Below are positions 51,035 through 59,820 of a stretch of 64,000 nucleotides of DNA, one piece after another. Source of the stretch: Candidatus Saccharimonadota bacterium (GTDB lineage Bacteria > Patescibacteriota > Saccharimonadia > Saccharimonadales > JACDBH01); the NCBI GenBank assembly GCA_013694995.1, contig JACDBH010000004.1, forward strand, positions 256,995 through 320,994. The letters run 5' to 3'. The notes beneath the pieces were generated by a model. That model worked only from the letters and a program-made list of their open reading frames with translations. It did no database searches and had not been told where the DNA came from. The translations under genes and the position numbers were made by a program. Numbering within the stretch: the stretch's first letter is position 1; each line of letters starts with the position of its first letter.

Positions 51035-51688
51035 ATGCTTTCTATAGCACTGTTAGCCGGTTTTGGTTTTCTCGCTTTCCGCAGTACTCGAGTACGTGAT
51101 ACGGAACTCTCTCAAGCATCACTACGTATTAGTGATCGATTAAGTAAATTGTGGGACATCGCTCATCAGGGTATGCGCGAAAACCGTTTTTTGCGAGCAG
51201 AGAAAGCGTTACTGACTATTCTTAAAATAGATCAAAAGAACGCCGCGGCCTATAACCGATTGGGTATTTTGTACGCTAAACAAAAAGAATATAAAGATGC
51301 TATTGATTGTTTCGAAATTGCCAGTTCAATTGATCCGAGTGCATCTAGCCTGCACAACTTAGGACTTATTTATTATGAAACTGAAAATTATCAAAAAGCT
51401 GCCCTAGCTTTTGAACAGGCCCTTAAACTAGAAGATGGACTTGCCGCCCGACATATAGCCTATGCTAAGGTGCAAGAAAAGCTGGGTAATGAAAAATTGA
51501 TGTTACACGAGCTTGAACGCTCCACAGAGCTTGAACCAAACCCGGAAACATTTGGTTTGCTAATACGTGCTTATGAAGCCAAAGGCTTGGCAGCAGAAGC
51601 CGATATTACGAAATTAAAACTTAATAAATTAATTATGCCCGCCGGTAAGCCCCGTCGCGTTTTACGTCCCCGCAAAGTTGTAATTTAA
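51035..51688 (+). CDS. Membrane-anchored tetratricopeptide repeat protein
   Basis: N-terminal TM helix; TPR motifs AYNRLGILY and LHNLGLIYY. Confidence 0.85.
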   Translation: MLSIALLAGFGFLAFRSTRVRDTELSQASLRISDRLSKLWDIAHQGMRENRFLRAEKALLTILKIDQKNAAAYNRLGILYAKQKEYKDAIDCFEIASSIDPSASSLHNLGLIYYETENYQKAALAFEQALKLEDGLAARHIAYAKVQEKLGNEKLMLHELERSTELEPNPETFGLLIRAYEAKGLAAEADITKLKLNKLIMPAGKPRRVLRPRKVVI

Positions 51689-51719
51689 TCTGATAAAAAT
51701 CTACCCGTTGTCAGAACTT

Positions 51720-51731
51720 TGGTGCAGGGTG
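51720..51731 (-). repeat. Duplicate of the tRNA-Tyr 3' end (att-like direct repeat)
   Basis: TGGTGCAGGGTG is identical to 52837-52848. Confidence 0.75.
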
Positions 51732-51783
51732 ATTTACGATGTTAAAACGCTACTCATTGGTCTAGTTTAGCCACAAAGTTTTC

Positions 51784-52689
51784 TTAAAAATCTGTAATCA
51801 CAATCTTTTTCATTTGCATCATATTCTTAATAGCATCAGGTTTTTGTAACAATTTACCTATATTTTTAGGGATAATTTGCCAACTTACGCCGTACTTGTC
51901 TTTACACCAGCCACATTGCTCAGATTCGGGAACGGTAGAAAGCTTAGACCACAGCTGATCAATTTCTGCTTGATCTTCACAGGCTACTGATAAAGAAATA
52001 GCCTCATTGAAGCTAAAGTCTTGATCTACGCCAGAGTCCATAGCTGCCATCCATTGCCCATCAAGTTGGAAGTCTGCAAACATCAGCGAATCTTTTTTAG
52101 CTGGCCCCGTGTCTTCAGTGTATTGAGCGAGTGTACCCACCTTAGAATTAGGGAATACATCGGTATAGAACTCAATTGCCTCACGGGCATGATTCACAAC
52201 TCCATTGCCGAACATAAGGGACGGGATGATACATGGACGTTCTTCTCCTTCTGGATCTGTGAGAATTAACTGCCAAGAAAAACCGAAGCGATCCTTTACC
52301 CAACCGTAATGTTTACTAAAGGGGTATTGATCAAGAGCCATAAGGACTTCGCCGCCTTCAATCAATTTGTTCCATACTTCGTTTAAATGTTCACGTGCCT
52401 GATTATCGTGCGCAGGATCAAAGTTAACCATGAATGAAATAGCAGAATTAGGTTTAAATTCTGACCCAGCATTAATTGCAGTGAAATCATGACCGGCTAA
52501 ATTAAAATCAACTGTTAATATTTTTCCCGCAAGCTCTACTTGAAAGTCAGCAAGGCCTTCTTCTTGGCTATCAGGGTAGTGGGAATCGCTTGTTATTTTG
52601 CTTCCTGGAAATACCGAAACATAAAACTCAACTGCTTCTTTGGCGTTGCCATCAAACCAAAAATTTGGAGTAATCTTCTGTGTAGCCAT
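51784..52689 (-). CDS. Tandem VOC-family (PhnB / 3-demethylubiquinone-9 3-methyltransferase-like) protein
   Basis: QKITPNFWFDGNAKEAVEFY, GWVKDRFGFSWQ, CGWCKDKYGVSWQI. Confidence 0.9.
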   Translation of the reverse strand: MATQKITPNFWFDGNAKEAVEFYVSVFPGSKITSDSHYPDSQEEGLADFQVELAGKILTVDFNLAGHDFTAINAGSEFKPNSAISFMVNFDPAHDNQAREHLNEVWNKLIEGGEVLMALDQYPFSKHYGWVKDRFGFSWQLILTDPEGEERPCIIPSLMFGNGVVNHAREAIEFYTDVFPNSKVGTLAQYTEDTGPAKKDSLMFADFQLDGQWMAAMDSGVDQDFSFNEAISLSVACEDQAEIDQLWSKLSTVPESEQCGWCKDKYGVSWQIIPKNIGKLLQKPDAIKNMMQMKKIVITDF

Positions 52690-52836
52690 AGTCCTCTTAT
52701 CATTAATAACTGTACCCTTATTATACTATTTAGATGCAACCAAATCCGTAAGATAGCCCACACTAATTTTGGTAAAATTATTTTTGACCCCAGAGTTGAC
52801 TGTTCTAACCGATATTCTAGACAGAAGTTAAATCCG

Positions 52837-52922
52837 TGGTGCAGGGTGTAGGATTCGAACCTACGAAGGCATAAGCCAACAGATTTACAGTCTGTCGTGT
52901 TTGACCGCTTCACTAACCCTGC
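52837..52922 (-). tRNA. tRNA-Tyr (GTA)
   Basis: ACAGA-CT-GTA-AA-TCTGT arm, long variable arm, GGTTCGAATCC, CCA. Confidence 0.97.
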
Positions 52923-52933
52923 TCGCTTTTGTC

Positions 52934-53075
52934 GTAGCCAAAAGCAATTATCAATTTACAATTATCAATTTGCAATGATTTAAATAAGAACTGAAAGCTT
53001 TTGAGTTATATATTTCAGCGATACTGATTCCATCATTGCTAATGGTAAAATGTTAATTGTTAATTGCTTTGCTAC
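52934..53075. repeat. Long imperfect inverted repeat made of 5+5 heptamers in the tRNA spacer
   Basis: CAATTAT CAATTTA CAATTAT CAATTTG CAATGAT versus ATCATTG CTAATGG TAAAATG TTAATTG TTAATTG, closed by GTAGC/GCTAC. Confidence 0.8.
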
Positions 53076-53086
53076 AAGCAAAGCAC

Positions 53087-53161
53087 TGGAGCCGACAGAG
53101 GGATTTGAACCCACGACCCGCTGTTTACAAAACAGCCGCTCTACCACTGAGCTATGTCGGC
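53087..53161 (-). tRNA. tRNA-Thr (TGT)
   Basis: GCCGACA/TGTCGGC acceptor stem, GCTGT-TT-TGT-AA-ACAGC arm, CCA. Confidence 0.97.
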
Positions 53162-53226
53162 ACATGCAACAGTCTAATATTCTAGCAAAAACAGATAAGA
53201 TTTGCTACTATTATCGGGTTAAAGAC

Positions 53227-53301
53227 GCCGCCTTAGCTCAGTGGTAGAGCACCTCCATGGTAAGGAGGGGGTCTCGGGTTCAAGTCCCGAAGGTGGCTCC
53301 A
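53227..53301 (+). tRNA. tRNA-Thr (GGT)
   Basis: CCTCC-AT-GGT-AA-GGAGG arm, GGTTCAAGTCC, CCA. Confidence 0.96.
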
Positions 53302-53320
53302 GGTAATTTAGGGACATGGT

Positions 53321-53629
53321 ATGAGCTTTTTTAGAACAACTCAGGAAGATAAAGGGACAGAACGGCATAAAATAGTTCGCGCTAGGCAGGTAAGTGCGAT
53401 AGCCGGCATAGTATTTAGTACATACGGAATTTTTTGGCTAAATAACACCGCGGAAGGCAGTCTTGAGTCATCTGCATCTTTTACCGCCACAGCCCTAGGT
53501 ATAGGTAGCCTCTTATGTCCTATCATAAGTGAATTGGAAGAAAGAAGGGACATTCGTAATTTGATTGCAGAGACACAAGATTTTCTACGCTATCATGCAG
53601 AACGTTCAGACACTTCAAATAGCGAGTAA
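53321..53629 (+). CDS. Hypothetical two-TM protein after tRNA-Thr
   Basis: 102-aa ORF with two hydrophobic helices. Confidence 0.6.
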   Translation: MSFFRTTQEDKGTERHKIVRARQVSAIAGIVFSTYGIFWLNNTAEGSLESSASFTATALGIGSLLCPIISELEERRDIRNLIAETQDFLRYHAERSDTSNSE

Positions 53630-53680
53630 TCGCTTGGCAAAATTAGTTCTATCTGTTAAAATAATGTGCTGAAGGTAATT

Positions 53681-53884
53681 ATGGCTAAAAAAGGCGACAA
53701 AAGAAAGATTATTGGCATGGTAAGTGAGACAAGCGGTCATCGCTCTTATTACACGACTAAAAATACCATGAACACACCCGAGAAGTTGCGCCTGCGCAAA
53801 TACGACCCGGTAGCACGTCAGCACGCGTGGTACGAAGAGACTAAGAAAAATCTTGGCCGTAATACAGTTAATCCTAAAAAATAA
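53681..53884 (+). CDS. rpmG: 50S ribosomal protein L33 (Zn-free, C-terminally extended)
   Basis: SGHRSYYTTKN..NTPEKL.LRKYDP. Confidence 0.93.
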   Translation: MAKKGDKRKIIGMVSETSGHRSYYTTKNTMNTPEKLRLRKYDPVARQHAWYEETKKNLGRNTVNPKK

Positions 53885-53903
53885 ACAAATATAGAAATCT
53901 CAG

Positions 53904-53929
53904 GGAGTTGTCCAAAAGGACAACTTTTT
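53904..53929 (+). terminator. Intrinsic terminator after rpmG
   Basis: AGTTGTCC-aaaa-GGACAACT followed by TTTT. Confidence 0.8.
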
Positions 53930-55859
53930 AAATATCCGCTAGATCAAGCGCCGTATTGATGTACTCGGCATGGCTCCATACCAATGGGGCAACACCAACT
54001 TGAAAACCAGTCTCTGGTTCTACCTGCTCGCTTAGAATCCCACTGGATAGTGCTTTACTTGAAGTCCATGTCATTATGACTTCAGCCTTTTCTGGCATGT
54101 CATTGTCTTTATAGTATTGTGCAAGCCATAAACCGCAGATAAACCATGGGTTGCCTAAAACATTATGACGGGTGCGCATGTACCAGTCGTTTTCATAGCG
54201 TGGCGTACCGCCGGAAGTTGTCTTGTCTGTCATAATTTGCTCAATCAAATTAGCTGTCTGGCGGACTTGTTCGCTAGTTGACTTAGGGCCAAACATCATC
54301 ATGCCGTATAACGAGGAAACATCGAGTGTGTTGTCGTATGAAAGGTCGCCTTCGGGTTGCAGTAGAATACCTTTCCTAAATGCCAAACGGTCTTGATCGA
54401 ACAGCAAAGGAAGCCCGGATTCTATGCGCCTTGCGGCTTCACGCCATAATACAGCATCGTCAGGAAAGCCGAATAGTTCTGAAAACTGGCCGGCAACTAC
54501 TAGTGATGAATAAACAGTTGCTACTGTATAGCTGCTTGTTAGAAACTTCTCCTCCCACAAATCATAGCTGGCATGAGGCAGGTTAGTGGCTTCATCAATA
54601 AAACCAGCCATAAACATCGCAGCTGGCCGTATCAACGTGCTATATAATAGTTCAACAAAGTCTTTATCGCCTGTCAGTTTGAGGTATTCCCCTAGCATAA
54701 TAATAACGATTGCCGTCTCATCTTCCTGGATAGCGAGTTCGCGTCGGTTCTTGTGAAGTAAAGGATGCCAGGTACTACCTATAGCTCTGTCAGGTTGGTA
54801 TTTGTGCATCAAATAACCGTCTTTATGAATTATATCGCGACAAAATTCAAAAAAATTGCGGGCTTCTTCTTTAAAACCCAGGCGGATTAGCGGCCAAATA
54901 GCAAAAGCCCCGTCACGTGGCCAGCAGTAACAATAATAATCACGGCCGTAGTTGAATATACTTGAATCTCCGGAAGCAAGAATGCTGCCGCGCCGGTCGA
55001 TATGGGCTTTAACGACCAGCAGGGATTTTTTAGCTAGGTCCCTATGATGCGAATCCAGTACGGCAAACTTATCTTTTGCAGGCGCCATCCAATCATTCCA
55101 CCATTCTCTGGCAGCCCGCAGTCTTGGCACCATGCTATCTTTTTTTAGCTCCTCGTGAATTTTTTCAGCATCAAGCTGAGAGTTGGCAGCAATAATCCAG
55201 TAATCTATTACCTTCGCCTGGTTGGCACCGAGCCTTAACGACAAACGGATAACCGAGTCAACGCCGCCATGTTCAACGGCGTTACCGGATAGTTCACCGT
55301 CCTCGGCATCCTTAAACGTTCCTTCTTTGCCTTCAATTCCGCAGTTACCAACTGCATACTGATCAAACGGAGCGCCGTCACTGGTCTCTGCATATACAAG
55401 TAGACTACAACGTCCTTTGTAGTCAAGCAGGTAATTACCGTCGGGCACGAACAAAGCTGTGTCGGCCCTGCCGGCCTGTGATATTTGAAATACCTGATGC
55501 ATAAACACTCTTATTTCGCGCTGACTGTCCGAGCGATTGGCTATTTTCATATGACGGCAAAAAGCGTTTGTTTTTGGATCGACAAAATCTTGAAGCTGAA
55601 GTTCCAAGCTCATGTCCTTATTCTTCATTGTAATCAGGCTTATCAGTGCGTCTGTTTCAAAATCTACATTAATTTCCCAGGTACCGTCATTGACCCATGA
55701 GAACTTACCATCTGCCCAAATTCCTATCTTATGGCATTCGCTACGCGTAGTAGTCAAATTGTCTAAGCCAACATAAGGATAATAAAAATCATGTACCAGC
55801 CCGTGCTGATTAAGCCCGACGAACATCTGCCCATTACTCAACACCACCGGCCGACCCAT
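53928..55859 (-). CDS. Glycoside hydrolase family 15 (glucoamylase-like)
   Basis: YCWPRDG, QEDETA, DLWEE, LSEQ, PLVWSHAEY. Confidence 0.92.
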   Translation of the reverse strand: MGRPVVLSNGQMFVGLNQHGLVHDFYYPYVGLDNLTTTRSECHKIGIWADGKFSWVNDGTWEINVDFETDALISLITMKNKDMSLELQLQDFVDPKTNAFCRHMKIANRSDSQREIRVFMHQVFQISQAGRADTALFVPDGNYLLDYKGRCSLLVYAETSDGAPFDQYAVGNCGIEGKEGTFKDAEDGELSGNAVEHGGVDSVIRLSLRLGANQAKVIDYWIIAANSQLDAEKIHEELKKDSMVPRLRAAREWWNDWMAPAKDKFAVLDSHHRDLAKKSLLVVKAHIDRRGSILASGDSSIFNYGRDYYCYCWPRDGAFAIWPLIRLGFKEEARNFFEFCRDIIHKDGYLMHKYQPDRAIGSTWHPLLHKNRRELAIQEDETAIVIIMLGEYLKLTGDKDFVELLYSTLIRPAAMFMAGFIDEATNLPHASYDLWEEKFLTSSYTVATVYSSLVVAGQFSELFGFPDDAVLWREAARRIESGLPLLFDQDRLAFRKGILLQPEGDLSYDNTLDVSSLYGMMMFGPKSTSEQVRQTANLIEQIMTDKTTSGGTPRYENDWYMRTRHNVLGNPWFICGLWLAQYYKDNDMPEKAEVIMTWTSSKALSSGILSEQVEPETGFQVGVAPLVWSHAEYINTALDLADI

Positions 55860-57070
55860 TAGACTTCAACGCCTTTTTCGCTCAGACGGTAGCGGACATC
55901 ATGCCACGTGTTCATGAAATTCATAAAAGCTTCGTAAGGTGACTCGTACGGACTAAAATAGGCATGAACATCGCCATCATTAAACCATTTGGTACACATA
56001 TAATAAAAATGATCCGACGTAGTTAATTTTCGCCAATCATTAATAAGACCTGCATCATTTGTTTCAAGAACTTGTGTTTCTAAATCGTACAGAGCTTTAA
56101 TGGCCTGTGTCTGCATGTTATTACCAAGCCAGGCGGTTAAGTCACGCTCTGTGTCGGCCCAGGTGACAGTTTGCGGCATATCGACTTTATCGACTGGTTC
56201 ATTGGCATCAATCACTTCACTGACAGTCATAAACGTGTGGTTTTCATCCTTTAACCACTCAACAGGTAAATTTGATAGGAAATCAAAGATTCCGGTATCT
56301 GACCACTGATGCTCGCCAAAAGTTTCGTAATCCATAAATAGGTTGAAATTTGTAGCTTCACCAGCCTCATTTAGCCAGTGCGTATATTTTTCGGCAGTTA
56401 GCGGCCATTCCGACCACGACTTATTACCGAACCGGAAAGCAATGTCATCACTTAATTTGTAGTTTTTTAATAACAACCGGATGTTGTCGGTACAACTTGG
56501 TTCATAAACGAAATTAGGGGATCGCCACCCCAAAACCGGATCCCAACCTTCGGTTAAGATACCTTTATAGCCGGATTTATCTGCCCAGTAGGCAAGGTCG
56601 TTATTATATGCTAACTCGGTATTGCGAAACACTTGGGGTGTTTGGCCAAAAACGGACTGTATTTTACTGCGATGCATTTCAACTTGCTGTTCAAATTCGT
56701 TTCGAGAATAAAAGAACGCCAGCGAGTGATAATAGGTTTCGGCTACTATTTCAACTCGACCCGTGTCGGTTAGAGCCTTAAAAGAGGCTAGTACATCTGG
56801 CGCCCATTGCTCGAACTGTTCAATTACGATACCGGTTATCGATAAACTAAGACGGAACTCAGGGTATTTATTGAGTAACTCTAAGAATATTTTATTAGCA
56901 GGTAAGTAAGATTTTTCAACGACTTTCCGTAGAACTTTTTGATTGTTAGTATCACTTTCATAATCAGCGTCAAAATAATTATGGTTGTGCCCGCTGTCAA
57001 AAATTGAGTAATGCCTAATACGATAAGGTTGATGGACATGTAAGTAAAGCACTATGGCTTTTTTACTCAT
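55859..57070 (-). CDS. Glycoside hydrolase family 57 (alpha-amylase-like)
   Basis: HVHQP, ETYYHSL, FRNTEL, DYETFGEHQ, SDHFYYM. Confidence 0.93.
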   Translation of the reverse strand: MSKKAIVLYLHVHQPYRIRHYSIFDSGHNHNYFDADYESDTNNQKVLRKVVEKSYLPANKIFLELLNKYPEFRLSLSITGIVIEQFEQWAPDVLASFKALTDTGRVEIVAETYYHSLAFFYSRNEFEQQVEMHRSKIQSVFGQTPQVFRNTELAYNNDLAYWADKSGYKGILTEGWDPVLGWRSPNFVYEPSCTDNIRLLLKNYKLSDDIAFRFGNKSWSEWPLTAEKYTHWLNEAGEATNFNLFMDYETFGEHQWSDTGIFDFLSNLPVEWLKDENHTFMTVSEVIDANEPVDKVDMPQTVTWADTERDLTAWLGNNMQTQAIKALYDLETQVLETNDAGLINDWRKLTTSDHFYYMCTKWFNDGDVHAYFSPYESPYEAFMNFMNTWHDVRYRLSEKGVEV

Positions 57071-58287
57071 ACGGACACCTCACTTAACTGCGTAGCATGA
57101 TGTTTATACCAGACTAACAACTTATCAGCAGCCGGATGCCATGACAGCTGTTCATACTCTTTGTAGGCATTTATTTTGAGTTCATCCCTCAAGGCGTCAT
57201 TTTTAACGACGCTAATAATCTGACTGGCCATATCATCTACATCCCAGCAATCAACTTTTAAACAATTACGGAATATTTCTGCCACCCCAGACTGACGGCT
57301 GATGAGCGATGGTGTGCCATAGCCGGCGGCCTCCAAAGGCGTGAGACCAAAAGGCTCTGAGGTGGAGGGCATAATAAATAAATCACCAATTGCAAAACTG
57401 TCGCGCCAATTTTTACCTCGTAAAAAACCTGTAAAAATAATGTTTTTGCTAATACCTAGTTCAGCTGCTAGCTCCACTAGTTCATAATATTGCTCACCGG
57501 AACCTACAATCAAAAACAAAGTTTTAGGCGACTTTTCGATGACCTTTCGAGCAGCATGCAATAGGTTAGTTAAACCTTTTTGAATAGTAAGCCGACCGAT
57601 GTTAACAACTACTTTGTAGCCCTGAGCTTGCATGGCACTTAAATACTTATGAATTGTCTCTTTTTCGCGGGCTTCAACCATATCAAGGTCCAGGCTGTTA
57701 TAAACTACGTCGATTTTGTCATATGGGATGTCATACTCCCTAACTATGGCTTCTTTAGTGAATTGACTCACGGCAATTATACGATCGGCCATCAAGAAGC
57801 TAGTGGCCTCAATTTCCCTTACTAGAGTGTTTCCGCCCCCTGGAGTGCCGGCGCGATCAGCTTCTATGGAATGTACATGTACAATCAGCGGCTTGCCAGA
57901 AATGTCACGGGCGCGCATGCCAGCTCGAAACGTTAGCCAGTCATGGGCGTGAATGATATCAAAATCTAGCATAGGTATTATTTTTCCGACAGAAGTTTCA
58001 TAAGCAGACTGTTGGTCGAAAATACTAAACCACTCTTCATGACCGTCTTCAAAGATATATTTGTGACTGTCATAGGCGATACCGCTCTTTAAAATTGAAG
58101 TTACACCCTGCGGATGGGCAGCCCGGATCTTCATAAACTCTGTTTTTGAAAAGTCAGCGGTATAAGGTAGAACAAATTCAATGCCAACACCTTTTTGTGA
58201 GAGGGCTTTGCATAGCTGGTAGCATGCAACGCCTAAGCCACCGCTGTTGTGAGGCGGGAGTTCCCAGCCTAGCATCAATACGTTCAT
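57067..58287 (-). CDS. GT4 glycosyltransferase (glycogen-synthase-like)
   Basis: GWELPPHNSGGLG, HAHDWLT, EPFGLTPLEA. Confidence 0.92.
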   Translation of the reverse strand: MNVLMLGWELPPHNSGGLGVACYQLCKALSQKGVGIEFVLPYTADFSKTEFMKIRAAHPQGVTSILKSGIAYDSHKYIFEDGHEEWFSIFDQQSAYETSVGKIIPMLDFDIIHAHDWLTFRAGMRARDISGKPLIVHVHSIEADRAGTPGGGNTLVREIEATSFLMADRIIAVSQFTKEAIVREYDIPYDKIDVVYNSLDLDMVEAREKETIHKYLSAMQAQGYKVVVNIGRLTIQKGLTNLLHAARKVIEKSPKTLFLIVGSGEQYYELVELAAELGISKNIIFTGFLRGKNWRDSFAIGDLFIMPSTSEPFGLTPLEAAGYGTPSLISRQSGVAEIFRNCLKVDCWDVDDMASQIISVVKNDALRDELKINAYKEYEQLSWHPAADKLLVWYKHHATQLSEVSV

Positions 58288-58398
58288 TTTCCCTACAAAA
58301 TTTTAATTTTAATTACCTACTATTATACCGAGCGTAAGCGGAATAGTACAACACTTTTAACAAGGTGGTTTTTAATATTGTAGATTTAGCTAATAAAT

Positions 58399-59820
58399 CT
58401 ACAATATTTTCCAGGACTCAGGCAGTTTTGGGCCTTGGCTACCGCTACTATATGCATTTAGGCCATCGCTAGCCTTGGACCATTCATTCAGTACCGGTTG
58501 TACAATCCGCCAGGACTGCATAACTTCATCACTAGTTGCAAAAAGCGTATGGTCGCCACGAACAGCATCAACCAGCACTCGTTCGTAGGCATCAGGATGA
58601 CCCTCCGCATTGAATGTTCGCTTGTAGCTAAAATCCATCTCGGCAGGTTGTATTTCGGTACTATATCCAGGTTTTTTTACTCTTAAGCTGAGCTCAATCC
58701 CTTCGTCAGGCTGCAACCTGAAAGTAAGGATATTATGATGAGGCGCAAGATCAGTCGGCTTAAAAACAATTCTGATTTTGGTACTTTTTTCGCTTAAGCC
58801 CTTACCAGTACGGACTATAAATGGCACACCAGCCCATCGTTTGTTGGTTATTTGTAGCCTCAAGGCGGCATAAGTTTCAGTGTTGCTCTTCGAATTATCG
58901 ACTTCTTGAAGATAAGTATCATATTGGCCTCTTACACTATCAGCTACCACCTTGTTGGGGGGTACTGCTTGGATTTCTGCCATTAATTTTACTTTACTTT
59001 GGTGTAATGATTCGCTGCTATTTTCATCCGGTTGTTCCATTGCAACCAACGCTAGTACCTGCAACAAATGGCTCTGTATTAGGTCGCGTAGCGCTCCGAT
59101 TTGTTCATAAAATTTAACTCGTCCCTCTATGCCAATTTTTTCATTAGCCATTACTTCTATATAATCAATATGTTTCGAGTTCCATAGAGGTTGAAAAATT
59201 GGGTTACTAAAGCGGAAAGACAAAATATTCTGGACTGTTTCTTTTGCAAGGTAATGGTCTATACGAAAAATCTGATCTTCTTTAAAATATTTTTTAGTCT
59301 CATCCATTAATTCCTGCGAGGATTTATAATCGTAACCGAAGGGTTTTTCGCTTAAAAGCCGCGACTTAGCTTTATTATGTTGACAGCTTTTATTCAATCC
59401 GTGTTTACCTAAAAATGAAATGATAGGTTGGGAAACATTTGGAGGGATGGATAAATAAAACAGTCGGTTCATACATACTTTAAAGCTATCTTCGATGGCG
59501 TTTAACTCTTCTAGTAGGCTTTCGTATTCGCTACTTTTAGTTACTTCCATTTTACGTAGCCGTAACTTCTTTTTAAGTTTCTGAACAGCCACCGGATCGC
59601 AAATTCCGTCCTTTTCATTAACACACAGTTCAATTGTGGCTAGTAGCTCATTCATGCTCATTTGTCCACGGGTTACACCTATGATTTCGGTTTTATCATG
59701 TAACAAATCATTTTTGACCAAATGATAAAGTGCAGGCAAGAGTTTACGTTTCGCAAGATCTCCGGTTATTCCAAAGATAACGATGATTGCAGGCTCCAGT
59801 TTAGGTGCTGTATGTTCCAT
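58399..59820 (-). CDS. zwf: Glucose-6-phosphate dehydrogenase
   Basis: GITGDLAKRKL, EKPFG, RIDHYLAKE, YER. Confidence 0.97.
   Translation of the reverse strand: MEHTAPKLEPAIIVIFGITGDLAKRKLLPALYHLVKNDLLHDKTEIIGVTRGQMSMNELLATIELCVNEKDGICDPVAVQKLKKKLRLRKMEVTKSSEYESLLEELNAIEDSFKVCMNRLFYLSIPPNVSQPIISFLGKHGLNKSCQHNKAKSRLLSEKPFGYDYKSSQELMDETKKYFKEDQIFRIDHYLAKETVQNILSFRFSNPIFQPLWNSKHIDYIEVMANEKIGIEGRVKFYEQIGALRDLIQSHLLQVLALVAMEQPDENSSESLHQSKVKLMAEIQAVPPNKVVADSVRGQYDTYLQEVDNSKSNTETYAALRLQITNKRWAGVPFIVRTGKGLSEKSTKIRIVFKPTDLAPHHNILTFRLQPDEGIELSLRVKKPGYSTEIQPAEMDFSYKRTFNAEGHPDAYERVLVDAVRGDHTLFATSDEVMQSWRIVQPVLNEWSKASDGLNAYSSGSQGPKLPESWKIL

Noticed and set aside
45982..53075. Short tandem repeats considered as a possible CRISPR array
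   Set aside because: The units are 7 nt with no spacers, and there are no cas genes in the window.
52540..53247. ORFs of 61-106 aa overlapping tRNA-Tyr and tRNA-Thr
   Set aside because: These are incidental translations of tRNA sequence.
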